Assembly (NCBI GenBank): GCA_030833845.1
Contig: JAURGK010000001.1
Location: 97,468 to 161,467 of the forward strand
Reading direction: 5' to 3'
Origin: Crocinitomicaceae bacterium
Lineage (GTDB): Bacteria; Bacteroidota; Bacteroidia; Flavobacteriales_D; Crocinitomicaceae
DNA: 64,000 bases
This document shows positions 43,290 to 51,921 of this stretch, in pieces. Below the pieces are notes generated by a model. The model saw only the letters and a program-made list of their open reading frames with translations, searched no databases and had not been told where the DNA came from. The translations under genes and the position numbers were made by a program. Positions within the stretch are counted from its first letter, which is position 1, and each line of letters opens with the position of its first letter.

Positions 43290-44411
43290 ATGCTATCTTT
43301 TGATCAACTCAGCTTCTGGGAAAGGCAAGAATATTTAGAAGACAACACCTTTGTAATTGTCGGTGCTGGACTCGTTGGAATGTCTGCTGCCATTGCACTA
43401 CGCGAACGTTATCCGAATGAAAAAATTCTAATTTTGGAACGTGGCTACATGCCCACTGGAGCAAGTACCAAAAATGCAGGTTTCGCATGTTTTGGCAGTC
43501 CAACCGAAATACTTGATGATTTGAGTTGCATGGCCGAACAATCAGTATGGCAAACAATTGCACTCAGAATTGAAGGATTGCAAAAGCTCAAGGAGAGAAT
43601 TGGTTTGGCTTCCATGGACTTTGATTCATGCGGCTCATGGGATTTGATTTCGTCCAATATGAATGCGCCAAAGAGCGAAGAGCTCCATTACCTGAATTCA
43701 GAATTTGAAAGGTTATTCGGATTCAAAGAAGTGTATTGTAATGATACTGACAAAATAGAAAAATCAGGGTTCAAGGGTTTTACCTTCGCCATAAAAAATC
43801 AGTACGAAGGAAGTATCAACACCGGTAAACTAATGCACGCTTTGCATCAAAAATGCATTGCTAAAAATATTCGATTTTTATTTTCAACAGCAGTATTAGG
43901 CTGGACGGCCACCGCTTCGGAGGTAAGCATCGAAACAACCTTTGGACTATTAAGAAGCTCACAACTATTTATCTGTACCAATGGATTTGCACAGCACATA
44001 TTCAAGAATGAACTCAAGCCGGCAAGGGCCCAAGTAATCATCACCAAACCTCTTTCACATCAAATTCGAGGAACTTTTCATACGGATAGGGGTTATTATT
44101 ACTTTAGAGATATTGGCAATCGCATTCTTTTTGGCGGGGGCCGACACCTCGACTTAATTACTGAAACCACCGAAGAATTACATGCTAATTCTTTAATTCA
44201 CGAAGCCTTGATATATAAATTAAGAGAAGAGATTTTACCTCACGCACCGTTTGAAATTGATTATGGTTGGTCTGGAATTATGGGTATGGGTCAGGACAAA
44301 CAACCCATCATCAGATCTGTGAACAAAAACGTGCACGCAGGTGTTCGTATGGGTGGAATGGGTGTAGCAATCGCGTCTGCGGTTGGCGATGCACTGAGTA
44401 AACTTGCTTAA
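43290..44411 (+). CDS. FAD-dependent oxidoreductase (DAO/glycine-oxidase-like family)
   Basis: N-terminal dinucleotide-binding motif FVIVGAGLVGMSAA...E. About 370 aa, as is typical for the DAO family. Confidence 0.8.
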   Translation: MLSFDQLSFWERQEYLEDNTFVIVGAGLVGMSAAIALRERYPNEKILILERGYMPTGASTKNAGFACFGSPTEILDDLSCMAEQSVWQTIALRIEGLQKLKERIGLASMDFDSCGSWDLISSNMNAPKSEELHYLNSEFERLFGFKEVYCNDTDKIEKSGFKGFTFAIKNQYEGSINTGKLMHALHQKCIAKNIRFLFSTAVLGWTATASEVSIETTFGLLRSSQLFICTNGFAQHIFKNELKPARAQVIITKPLSHQIRGTFHTDRGYYYFRDIGNRILFGGGRHLDLITETTEELHANSLIHEALIYKLREEILPHAPFEIDYGWSGIMGMGQDKQPIIRSVNKNVHAGVRMGGMGVAIASAVGDALSKLA

Positions 44412-44413
44412 CA

Positions 44414-44896
44414 ATGACCAAAGACGACGAAAAACAAGCTAAAAAATCGATCATCAATCCAATTGATTCCGATAAGATAGCTGATCATCCTCATCTTTTA
44501 CCCTATGCCCATACGGTTGGAGGCGCAGTAATCAAGCCTGAAGATACCGGCAAACTCAAAGGAAGGGCCTTGAGCGCCATGAACCAACAAACCGATATGC
44601 AGCTTTCTCAGATCTATGAACAGATGCAATTATTGGCAGCTCAAGCACAGAAAATACAGGCCCGAAAAATCATTTCTGATTACATTTATCAAACAGAACT
44701 GCGCTTCGAACCACTCATTAATCACGTCTATCACCTCTATCGTAAAGCGGATCAAAAACTGATGCTATCTCTCATAGATAAGGAGGCTTGGGGTAAATCT
44801 AAAAAAGATTTACAATTCTTAGCGAGTGTGAAGTTATTGGCCGATCATACTTGGGATATCATCGAGCAAAGCCCAGATTTTAACTTTGATTCCTAA
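44414..44896 (+). CDS. Conserved hypothetical protein (160 aa)
   Basis: It starts 2 nt after the oxidoreductase stop. No recognisable motif. The central segment is helical and Gln-rich. Confidence 0.55.
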   Translation: MTKDDEKQAKKSIINPIDSDKIADHPHLLPYAHTVGGAVIKPEDTGKLKGRALSAMNQQTDMQLSQIYEQMQLLAAQAQKIQARKIISDYIYQTELRFEPLINHVYHLYRKADQKLMLSLIDKEAWGKSKKDLQFLASVKLLADHTWDIIEQSPDFNFDS

Positions 44897-44903
44897 ATTT
44901 ATT

Positions 44904-45650
44904 TCACCGCACAAATACCCATTCTGTTGCATTTGATAGCTCTTTAGAAAAACGGTAGCCTAGTAAATCAAAATGCTTGATTTTTTCGGGATCCTTCACC
45001 TGATTTGAAGCACACCACCTGATCATTGCTCCACGGGCCTGTTTTGAAAACACCGAAATGGCCTTCAGTTGGCCATTTTTTAGTTCAAAAAAAGTTGGGG
45101 TAATCATTTTAGAACGCAAAACTCCATCTTGGATTACCGCACTGTATTCTGAGCTAGCTAAATTGATAAGGGCTTGGTTTTCATAAATCAAATGAAAATA
45201 GGTATTGACAGCCTTTTCCCAATAAGCGTATAAGGATATTCCGGTTGGCAGCAAGCCTCTTTGTGCCATTTCCAAACGATAGGGCTCAATGAAATCATCG
45301 GCGCGCAATACTCCGTACAGACCAGATAAAATATAAAGACTTTCTTTGAGATAGATCAATTCATCCAAATTCAACGAATCGGCATCCAACGACTTGTAAG
45401 CCTCGCCAATATAGGCATACAATGCTGGCGCACCATTGACTTGATTTGTCTTTTTTCCCCAATTTTTTAACATCACATGTGTCTGATGTGCTTTCTCTTT
45501 GGAAAGCTTCATGTGCGTTTGGAGGTCATTAACTGACCACTTTTTTAATAAACCACTTAGATAACGTGTCTCTTTAATAAAGGCCCTATCATGCCTAGAT
45601 TGAGCATCATGGCTACGCATCATTTTAGCAGGAGACATCAATAGGATCAT
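44904..45650 (-). CDS. yaaA: Peroxide stress protein YaaA (UPF0246/DUF328)
   Basis: MILLMSPAKMM N-terminus, LSGLYGVLRADDFIEPYRLEM, LINLASSEY and FSKQARGAMIRW are collinear with E. coli YaaA. Confidence 0.88.
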   Translation of the reverse strand: MILLMSPAKMMRSHDAQSRHDRAFIKETRYLSGLLKKWSVNDLQTHMKLSKEKAHQTHVMLKNWGKKTNQVNGAPALYAYIGEAYKSLDADSLNLDELIYLKESLYILSGLYGVLRADDFIEPYRLEMAQRGLLPTGISLYAYWEKAVNTYFHLIYENQALINLASSEYSAVIQDGVLRSKMITPTFFELKNGQLKAISVFSKQARGAMIRWCASNQVKDPEKIKHFDLLGYRFSKELSNATEWVFVR

Positions 45651-45656
45651 CGTTTA

Positions 45657-45664
45657 CAAAATTA
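45657..45664 (-). promoter_or_regulatory. -7 promoter box TAatTTTG (minus strand), 6 nt upstream of the yaaA ATG
   Basis: Plus-strand CAAAATTA. Confidence 0.4.
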
Positions 45665-45730
45665 TCGCTTTATGCAACGAATTTGATAAAAATATCATAA
45701 ATTCATCTCACCTAATTCAATATTCAGATA

Positions 45731-48700
45731 ATGAAAAAACTACTCCTTATTTTCTTGATCGTATCGTCTTGGAAATTCAGTGCGCAACAAACTGAATTTT
45801 ACGGCTTTGTTAGTCCTGGTTTAGCTCACCTTGTGCCAGCACCTGTCCAAGATAATGGCAAAAAAGACATCATTGTGCCCAACTTTAAAGGCCGAGAACT
45901 ACCATTAGAAATCTCCAGCAATACGCATCATCCAGATTGGGTGTGGCAGCAGCATCAATCGGTACAAAAATCGACAACGGCGAGTATCCTTTGGCAAGTC
46001 CAGGGAATTGGAAATGGCATTTCGCCCCCAGATCCTACTGGTGAGGCAGACTCGACAGTATATATACAAGGTACGAATGCAGGGAGCGGAGGATCCTATA
46101 AAATTTTCAACAAAACCACAGGGGCCGCAGTAAGTGGCACCCTAGTGATGGCATCCTTAGGATCACCGAATGTGACAGGATTAGGCGACCCTGTTGTGCT
46201 CTATTACAAAACGGCCAAACGCTGGATCATTACACAATTTTCTACGCAGTCTCAAAAGAAGCTGCTTGTTTATGTATCCCAAACCAGCAACCCGCAAGGT
46301 GCCTATTATTTCTATCAGTTTACCTGTCCAAATTTTCCGGATTATCCCAAATGGAGTATTTGTGAATCTTCAGACGCCCTGTTGGCCTCTACCAATGAAG
46401 GTGGCCCCCCACGTGTTTATGCTATGAAATTAAGTGCCCTAGTAAGTGGTACAACTTCACCATTTATAGGTGTGCCAATTGGTTATACGCTCAACGGCTT
46501 TGGTTTTCAATCCATTACTCCCGTTGATTTAGAAGGTGATTTACCTGCACCCATTGGGCAAAAACCATTATTTGTGCGGCATCGAGACGACGAAAAACAC
46601 AGCAATGGCTCACCCGATAGCCCAACCAATGATTGGATAGAAATTTGGGAAATGACCATCAACTGGACAAACAATACCGCAAGTGTGGCAAAAATTCAAG
46701 ATGTACCCATAACCGAAATAGATTCAGATTTATGTGGATTAACTAGTTTTTCTTGCATCCCACAACCAGGCACAACAGTCAAATTGGACCCCTTACGTGA
46801 ATGTGTAATGTACAAAGCTCCTATGCGAATATTTGCAGACCATCAGGCTATGGTGTTGTGTTTGGCTACAGATGTCAATGGAAATAACCGTGCAGGAGTG
46901 CGTTGGTTAGAGTTGCGCCGACCAACAGGCAGCACAGGTTCATGGAGTTTATATCAAGAAGGGACTTATGCCCCTGGAACAACCCTCAATCGCTGGATGC
47001 CTGCAATCAACATTGACAAATATGGCAATATCATGATGGCCTATTCTACCTCGAGCAGTAATACGCCAGACTACCCCTCCATTCAATTGACAGGAAGAAA
47101 AGCTTGCGACCCGTTGGGTCAAATGACTGTGCCAGAAACAATCATCAAACAAGGGCTTTCAGCCCGTACGTCCAACACCCGTTGGGGTGATTACCACCAC
47201 ATGTGCATTGATGATTTCGACGGTCTGACATTCTACTACACAGGCGTTGTAATGAATAATAGCAATAATATTGTGACCAACGTATCTGCATTCAAAATGG
47301 ACCCAGACACCTTAGATTTAGCACTAATTGGTGCTTTTACTACACAAAATGGGGGCATATGTGGCTCTTCGACCCAAATAGGAGTGGTAGTAGAAAACCG
47401 GGGCTTGAATGCCATCAATTCATTTGAATTGAATGCCACCATAGGTTCTACTACTAGCAACAACCAAACCTTTAGCAGTTTAAACCTGGCCAATTATCAA
47501 TCTATTGACACGATTTATTATACCGTTGGTGGACTTCAACCTGGTTGGAATACTGTTTTGCTAAATCTTGCAAATATCAATGGCATGGGCAATGATCAAA
47601 ACACTTGTGACGACCAATTTAATTTAGAAATTCAAGTTTCTGGAACCTTGTCTATTAATGTTCTACCACTCATCGTTCAGCAACCCTCATGCAACGGCAA
47701 TGACGGTATCATTGATCTCAATGTTTCTGGAGCTTCTGGAACTTTAACTTTCCAATTGGGCACACTTCCACTTCAGAATGCTCCCGTCTTTAATGGTTTA
47801 AGCGCAGGAATGTACCCTTATACCGTAGAAGATTCTTTTGGCTGCGCAGTATCAGGTTCTGTAGACTTACTTTCAAGTACTAATATATCAGCATCTGTGA
47901 CTCAATTGGTAGGCATAGCTTGTGCCGGCGACCAAACGGCAAGCATTGAAGTCAATCCAAATGGAGGTACTGCTCCATACAGCTTCAGCATCAACAACGG
48001 AGCAGACCAGCCAAGCAATACTTTTGTCAATTTAGGTGCAGGGACCTATAACATTGGCATCATTGATGCCAACGGTTGCAGTGCACAAATTGAATATGTG
48101 ATAAGTGCGCCAAGTGCCTTGACAGGCAATGTAATCCCAACGATGATCAGCTGCAATGGCGCCAATGATGGCGCCCTTTCAGTACAAGTTTCAGGCGGAA
48201 CCGCTCCTTATTTGTATGAGGTCAATGGAATGAGTTCAAGTAACTCGTTTTTTAATAATCTTTCTGCAGGAACTTATTCAGTAAATATAACTGATGTCAA
48301 TGGATGCATCCAAAACGTCAGTGCTACGATAGTAGAACCGGATGCTTTGCAAGTTACGGCCAATACAACAGTTTCAAATTTTAACGACGGAACAATTTCT
48401 ATCAGCGCGAGTGGCGGAAATGCGCCATATAGTTATTCAATCGATGGCTTTGTTTACTATAGCGGATCTTTCTTCTCTAATTTACTAGTTGGGAATTATA
48501 CCTGCTATGTGAAAGACAATAACGGTTGTATTTCAACCATTATTGTTACCGTAAATAGCTCTAGCTTGACGGATCTTAGCTTTGAAGCTATTGCTATTTA
48601 TCCCAACCCAAACAGTGGGAAGTTTCAAATTGAAATCAACGGAGCACAAGGGCAAGAAGTGGAATTAAGGTTATTTGATTTGAGTGGGCAACTTGTTGGA

Positions 48701-48835
48701 ACTTTTCAACTCAACACCTCTAATGGTAGTGTAAATAAAACGATAGAATTGAGTCCGAAAATTTCGGCAGGTATCTATTATCTTGGTGTCTACGACGGTC
48801 AAAGATCAGCTGTTTTGGAATTGGTGAAAGAATAA
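45731..48835 (+). CDS. Large T9SS-sorted adhesin-like protein: N-terminal propeller-like region, SprB-type repeats, CTD
   Basis: Signal peptide. RWGDYHHM motif in the N-terminal roughly 530 aa. Repeats include SCNGNDGIIDLNVSGASGTLTF, CAGDQTASIEVNPNGGTAPYSFSINNG, SCNGANDGALSVQVSGGTAPYLYEVNG and NDGTISISASGGNAPYSYSIDG. CTD is IYPNPNSGKFQIEI...AGIYYLGVYDG...LELVKE. Confidence 0.82.
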   Translation: MKKLLLIFLIVSSWKFSAQQTEFYGFVSPGLAHLVPAPVQDNGKKDIIVPNFKGRELPLEISSNTHHPDWVWQQHQSVQKSTTASILWQVQGIGNGISPPDPTGEADSTVYIQGTNAGSGGSYKIFNKTTGAAVSGTLVMASLGSPNVTGLGDPVVLYYKTAKRWIITQFSTQSQKKLLVYVSQTSNPQGAYYFYQFTCPNFPDYPKWSICESSDALLASTNEGGPPRVYAMKLSALVSGTTSPFIGVPIGYTLNGFGFQSITPVDLEGDLPAPIGQKPLFVRHRDDEKHSNGSPDSPTNDWIEIWEMTINWTNNTASVAKIQDVPITEIDSDLCGLTSFSCIPQPGTTVKLDPLRECVMYKAPMRIFADHQAMVLCLATDVNGNNRAGVRWLELRRPTGSTGSWSLYQEGTYAPGTTLNRWMPAINIDKYGNIMMAYSTSSSNTPDYPSIQLTGRKACDPLGQMTVPETIIKQGLSARTSNTRWGDYHHMCIDDFDGLTFYYTGVVMNNSNNIVTNVSAFKMDPDTLDLALIGAFTTQNGGICGSSTQIGVVVENRGLNAINSFELNATIGSTTSNNQTFSSLNLANYQSIDTIYYTVGGLQPGWNTVLLNLANINGMGNDQNTCDDQFNLEIQVSGTLSINVLPLIVQQPSCNGNDGIIDLNVSGASGTLTFQLGTLPLQNAPVFNGLSAGMYPYTVEDSFGCAVSGSVDLLSSTNISASVTQLVGIACAGDQTASIEVNPNGGTAPYSFSINNGADQPSNTFVNLGAGTYNIGIIDANGCSAQIEYVISAPSALTGNVIPTMISCNGANDGALSVQVSGGTAPYLYEVNGMSSSNSFFNNLSAGTYSVNITDVNGCIQNVSATIVEPDALQVTANTTVSNFNDGTISISASGGNAPYSYSIDGFVYYSGSFFSNLLVGNYTCYVKDNNGCISTIIVTVNSSSLTDLSFEAIAIYPNPNSGKFQIEINGAQGQEVELRLFDLSGQLVGTFQLNTSNGSVNKTIELSPKISAGIYYLGVYDGQRSAVLELVKE

Positions 48836-48841
48836 TTTTAA

Positions 48842-51800
48842 TTAAAAAGTAAAGGTGGCCAAATCAATTTCTTGGTCTACGGTTTCTAACCTTCGTGTGA
48901 TGACTTGATGTTTTTCATGCGCAGTACCATAATACTTATACAAGTGAACAGTTAAAATGGCTTTCCCATTCAAAGCTGGTTGGTAGTCTCCAAAGAAATG
49001 TGCTTGTATCCGATAAGTGCCTTTGGGTGCCTTGCGAATTAGGTATTCCTCCGGACCATATCCTTGTGTAAAATCATTTGAAATTCGCCCGCCATTTTTG
49101 GTCAATTGATAGGAATACATACATTTTTCGCCATTGGGTTCATTGACCCACAAATCTACGTCTGTGTTGTCTTGATCCCAATCTAGCACCACACGAATGT
49201 CCATAGGCATGGAAACTTTGAAGTATGTTGGAATGTATGTGGCTTGAATTTCATTGGGATGCTTTTTCAATAAGTGATTGATTTCATTGAGTGCAATGAG
49301 GTGAATTCCTTCAAATCTTGCATCAAATTCCTTAGAAACTAAGGTGTATAATATTTTTACTGCCTTATTAAACTCGCCAATTTGAGCCAAGGCTAAGGCA
49401 TAATCTCTATAAGACTGTGGTTCTTCCGGCCTTAAATCCACGACATCTATGAGCACCTTTATCGCCAAATCGTAAGCCTTCAATTGCAATAATTTTTGAG
49501 CCAAGACACGCATGAGCGCCACCTCTTTGAGTTGCATTTCTGATAGATTACCCAACACACGAATGGCCATATTATTTTGATCGTGAGCAGCAAAATAATC
49601 CGCAACATCTATATAAAACGAAGGTTGATTGGCATATTTTTCACTGAGTTCAATATACTTTGAATATGCAATATCTAAGCTGACTGTCCTTAGTTTAGAT
49701 AAATAAGGTGTTTTGGGATTCCATGCGGCAAGTGTTATTTTTGCATGAGCAGTAGTTGCTCCTTGTGTGCTGGCACAAGCATTGGCTAGGGTCATAGTAT
49801 AGCTGCCGCTTGAATTAAAGGCATCAAATCCGACACTATTAGCCGATACCGAGGCATTGGTCCATGTATAAGAGTTAGTACCAAAAGCATTGGTATTCAG
49901 TACTGCAGTGGCGGTATTAATGCTATCAACTTTTATATTTATGGTGTCGGGGGTGCTTCTTAACGAGGAGTCTTGGATTACAGGTGTAGTGAGCAATGCA
50001 TTGGGTGTTGAGGCCTGCAATGAGATTTTTGTACTTGTTGAAATGGGTGGTTTTTTATACCACCTCTGAAAACCTATCCATTCCTTTTTAATCTTTTGCA
50101 GATGCGATATGGATTGTTTGAGTTCTCTTGACTTATTATTTTTCAATGCTTTGTAATAGGCAGCTCGCATTTCTTTTGGGGGCAAAACACTGTGTTGAAT
50201 GTAATCTTCTAGTTCATCCAAAACGAGTAAAGAAGTCGCAGAGCTGACCACGTTTTGCTTTAAACCCAGCGTAAGAATTTGATCATGATTCTTCTCTGGC
50301 TCCTTTTCAAGTGCTGCAAGCTTTAAAAGCTGAAATTGTCTATATAAATCGCTGAATTCTGTATGCTGCGCTACACGTTTCACTTTGATTTTTTGGGAAT
50401 TCAAGATATGATCCTTGTCTAAACCAAATTGTGCAGTGAGGAGAGTTGTAGATTTTGAATTTTTCAATATCAGCAACAAATTTTGAGCTCCAATGGGGTG
50501 CTGATAATATTCCAATGCGGGTATTTTTTCACGGAAACCCAAAAATTTAAGGTATCGTCTTTGTAATTGCTGCAATGCATGATCTAACCCTAATAGCTTT
50601 AAATCAAGGTAGGATCCGTTAGTTGAAGCTGCTAAATTTTCTAAAAATCCATTTTGGGCAACCTGTGCACTAGTTACAGAATAAATTGGCACGCTAGATT
50701 TTAGCTTGGGTGGTTTAGCAATGGTTTGAATTCCATCAGAAAAAAGTATAATTTCCTGGCCTTCAACTTTCCCAAATGGCAAGGAGGAAAGAACTGTTGC
50801 CCCATCATAGTTGACATTATCCAATAGTGAATCCAACTCTTTAACCGTGCCGTTTTGAATAGAGAAAGTATGTCTTTGAAGTACCTCATGAGCAAAGAAA
50901 AGGAACTCCAGACGGCCTTTTTTTACCCAATGTATATATTCCTTTAGTAGTTTTTTTTCAGTGACTAACTGTGCATTAAGACGAGACCTTGACACATCCC
51001 AAAAAACCGTAATGCATTTTGGCTTAGCCTTTTTGGCATATTTCTTTGGAATTTGAATTGTGGTGCGTATGTAATCAAAATCACCTCTACTGTAGTGCTG
51101 AATAGCATCCTCATTTGCTGAAAAATCCAAAGTGAAGCTATTATTTATCTTTTCATTATTGGTTGCGATTTCCTTAAGCACTCTAAATTCATTTCCATTT
51201 TGCTGAGTAGCTGAAAAATTAAATCTAGACACGGCTTGCTTACTCATTAAGCTATATTGAATTTGGGCCTTGGGTCCTTTTGATTTTAACAGTGTAGTGA
51301 CTTGAACACGAATGCGCTTTGATTGCCTGGGCTGCAAAGGAAATACGCGCATTTTAAAAAGATTTGCCGTGTTGTGTTCCACGAGGCCTGGGTCTATTCC
51401 TTTTCGCACTGTAGTTTCATAAGCGATGCGTGCTTGTTGTTTCTCAACGGCTACGGCTTTACGCATCTGATGATTGATTTGTAGTTCGAAAGAACTTATT
51501 ACCGAACCGGCAGACAAAGGCATTTCAAAATTGGCCTCTAAGATTTTATCATTTGGGTTGTAGTAAACCAAATCATAATCTGTTGTTGCTATACCTTGAT
51601 CGATTTGGGTAGTAATGTGCATCTTTCGACACTTCAAAGGGTTTGATAGCGTGCCACTGGCTTTGAGTTCGGGCAAGTTCAAATAGGACTGAATACTATC
51701 TGCACTTTGATCAGCAGCTTCATCTAAAATCAATGAGGCATAAGGATCTGCGATTGACTTGGCTGAAGGAATAGTAAGAAGCCATACTAGCCCAGCCAAT

Positions 51801-51850
51801 AAAGTGGCAGCCCCAATGACTAATCCAATCTTTAGTTTTTTAATTTTCAT
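48842..51850 (-). CDS. Membrane-anchored VIT domain + vWA (MIDAS DVSRS) + TPR-like + DUF2135/YfaP-like C-terminal domain protein
   Basis: N-terminal TM segment IGLVIGAATLLAGLVWLL. VIT-like block ...ATTDYDLVYYNPNDKILEANFEMPLSAGSVISSFELQI...IDPGLVEH...FKMRVFPLQP. vWA block ITVFWDVSRS...ILFSDG. C-terminus VVLDWDQDNTDVDLWVNEPNGEKC...DFTQGYGPEEYLIRKAPKGTYRIQAHFFGD. Confidence 0.75.
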   Translation of the reverse strand: MKIKKLKIGLVIGAATLLAGLVWLLTIPSAKSIADPYASLILDEAADQSADSIQSYLNLPELKASGTLSNPLKCRKMHITTQIDQGIATTDYDLVYYNPNDKILEANFEMPLSAGSVISSFELQINHQMRKAVAVEKQQARIAYETTVRKGIDPGLVEHNTANLFKMRVFPLQPRQSKRIRVQVTTLLKSKGPKAQIQYSLMSKQAVSRFNFSATQQNGNEFRVLKEIATNNEKINNSFTLDFSANEDAIQHYSRGDFDYIRTTIQIPKKYAKKAKPKCITVFWDVSRSRLNAQLVTEKKLLKEYIHWVKKGRLEFLFFAHEVLQRHTFSIQNGTVKELDSLLDNVNYDGATVLSSLPFGKVEGQEIILFSDGIQTIAKPPKLKSSVPIYSVTSAQVAQNGFLENLAASTNGSYLDLKLLGLDHALQQLQRRYLKFLGFREKIPALEYYQHPIGAQNLLLILKNSKSTTLLTAQFGLDKDHILNSQKIKVKRVAQHTEFSDLYRQFQLLKLAALEKEPEKNHDQILTLGLKQNVVSSATSLLVLDELEDYIQHSVLPPKEMRAAYYKALKNNKSRELKQSISHLQKIKKEWIGFQRWYKKPPISTSTKISLQASTPNALLTTPVIQDSSLRSTPDTINIKVDSINTATAVLNTNAFGTNSYTWTNASVSANSVGFDAFNSSGSYTMTLANACASTQGATTAHAKITLAAWNPKTPYLSKLRTVSLDIAYSKYIELSEKYANQPSFYIDVADYFAAHDQNNMAIRVLGNLSEMQLKEVALMRVLAQKLLQLKAYDLAIKVLIDVVDLRPEEPQSYRDYALALAQIGEFNKAVKILYTLVSKEFDARFEGIHLIALNEINHLLKKHPNEIQATYIPTYFKVSMPMDIRVVLDWDQDNTDVDLWVNEPNGEKCMYSYQLTKNGGRISNDFTQGYGPEEYLIRKAPKGTYRIQAHFFGDYQPALNGKAILTVHLYKYYGTAHEKHQVITRRLETVDQEIDLATFTF

Positions 51851-51873
51851 TACTTATACAGACGTATAGGAAA

Positions 51874-51898
51874 CAAAAAAGCCGCTTTTCAGCGGCTT
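51874..51898 (-). terminator. Intrinsic terminator downstream of secDF
   Basis: Stem AAGCCGCT/AGCGGCTT (51879-86 and 51891-98) with loop TTTC. A T-run follows on the minus strand. Confidence 0.75.
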
Positions 51899-51921
51899 TA
51901 ATTTTCAATTATTTTTTGTTC

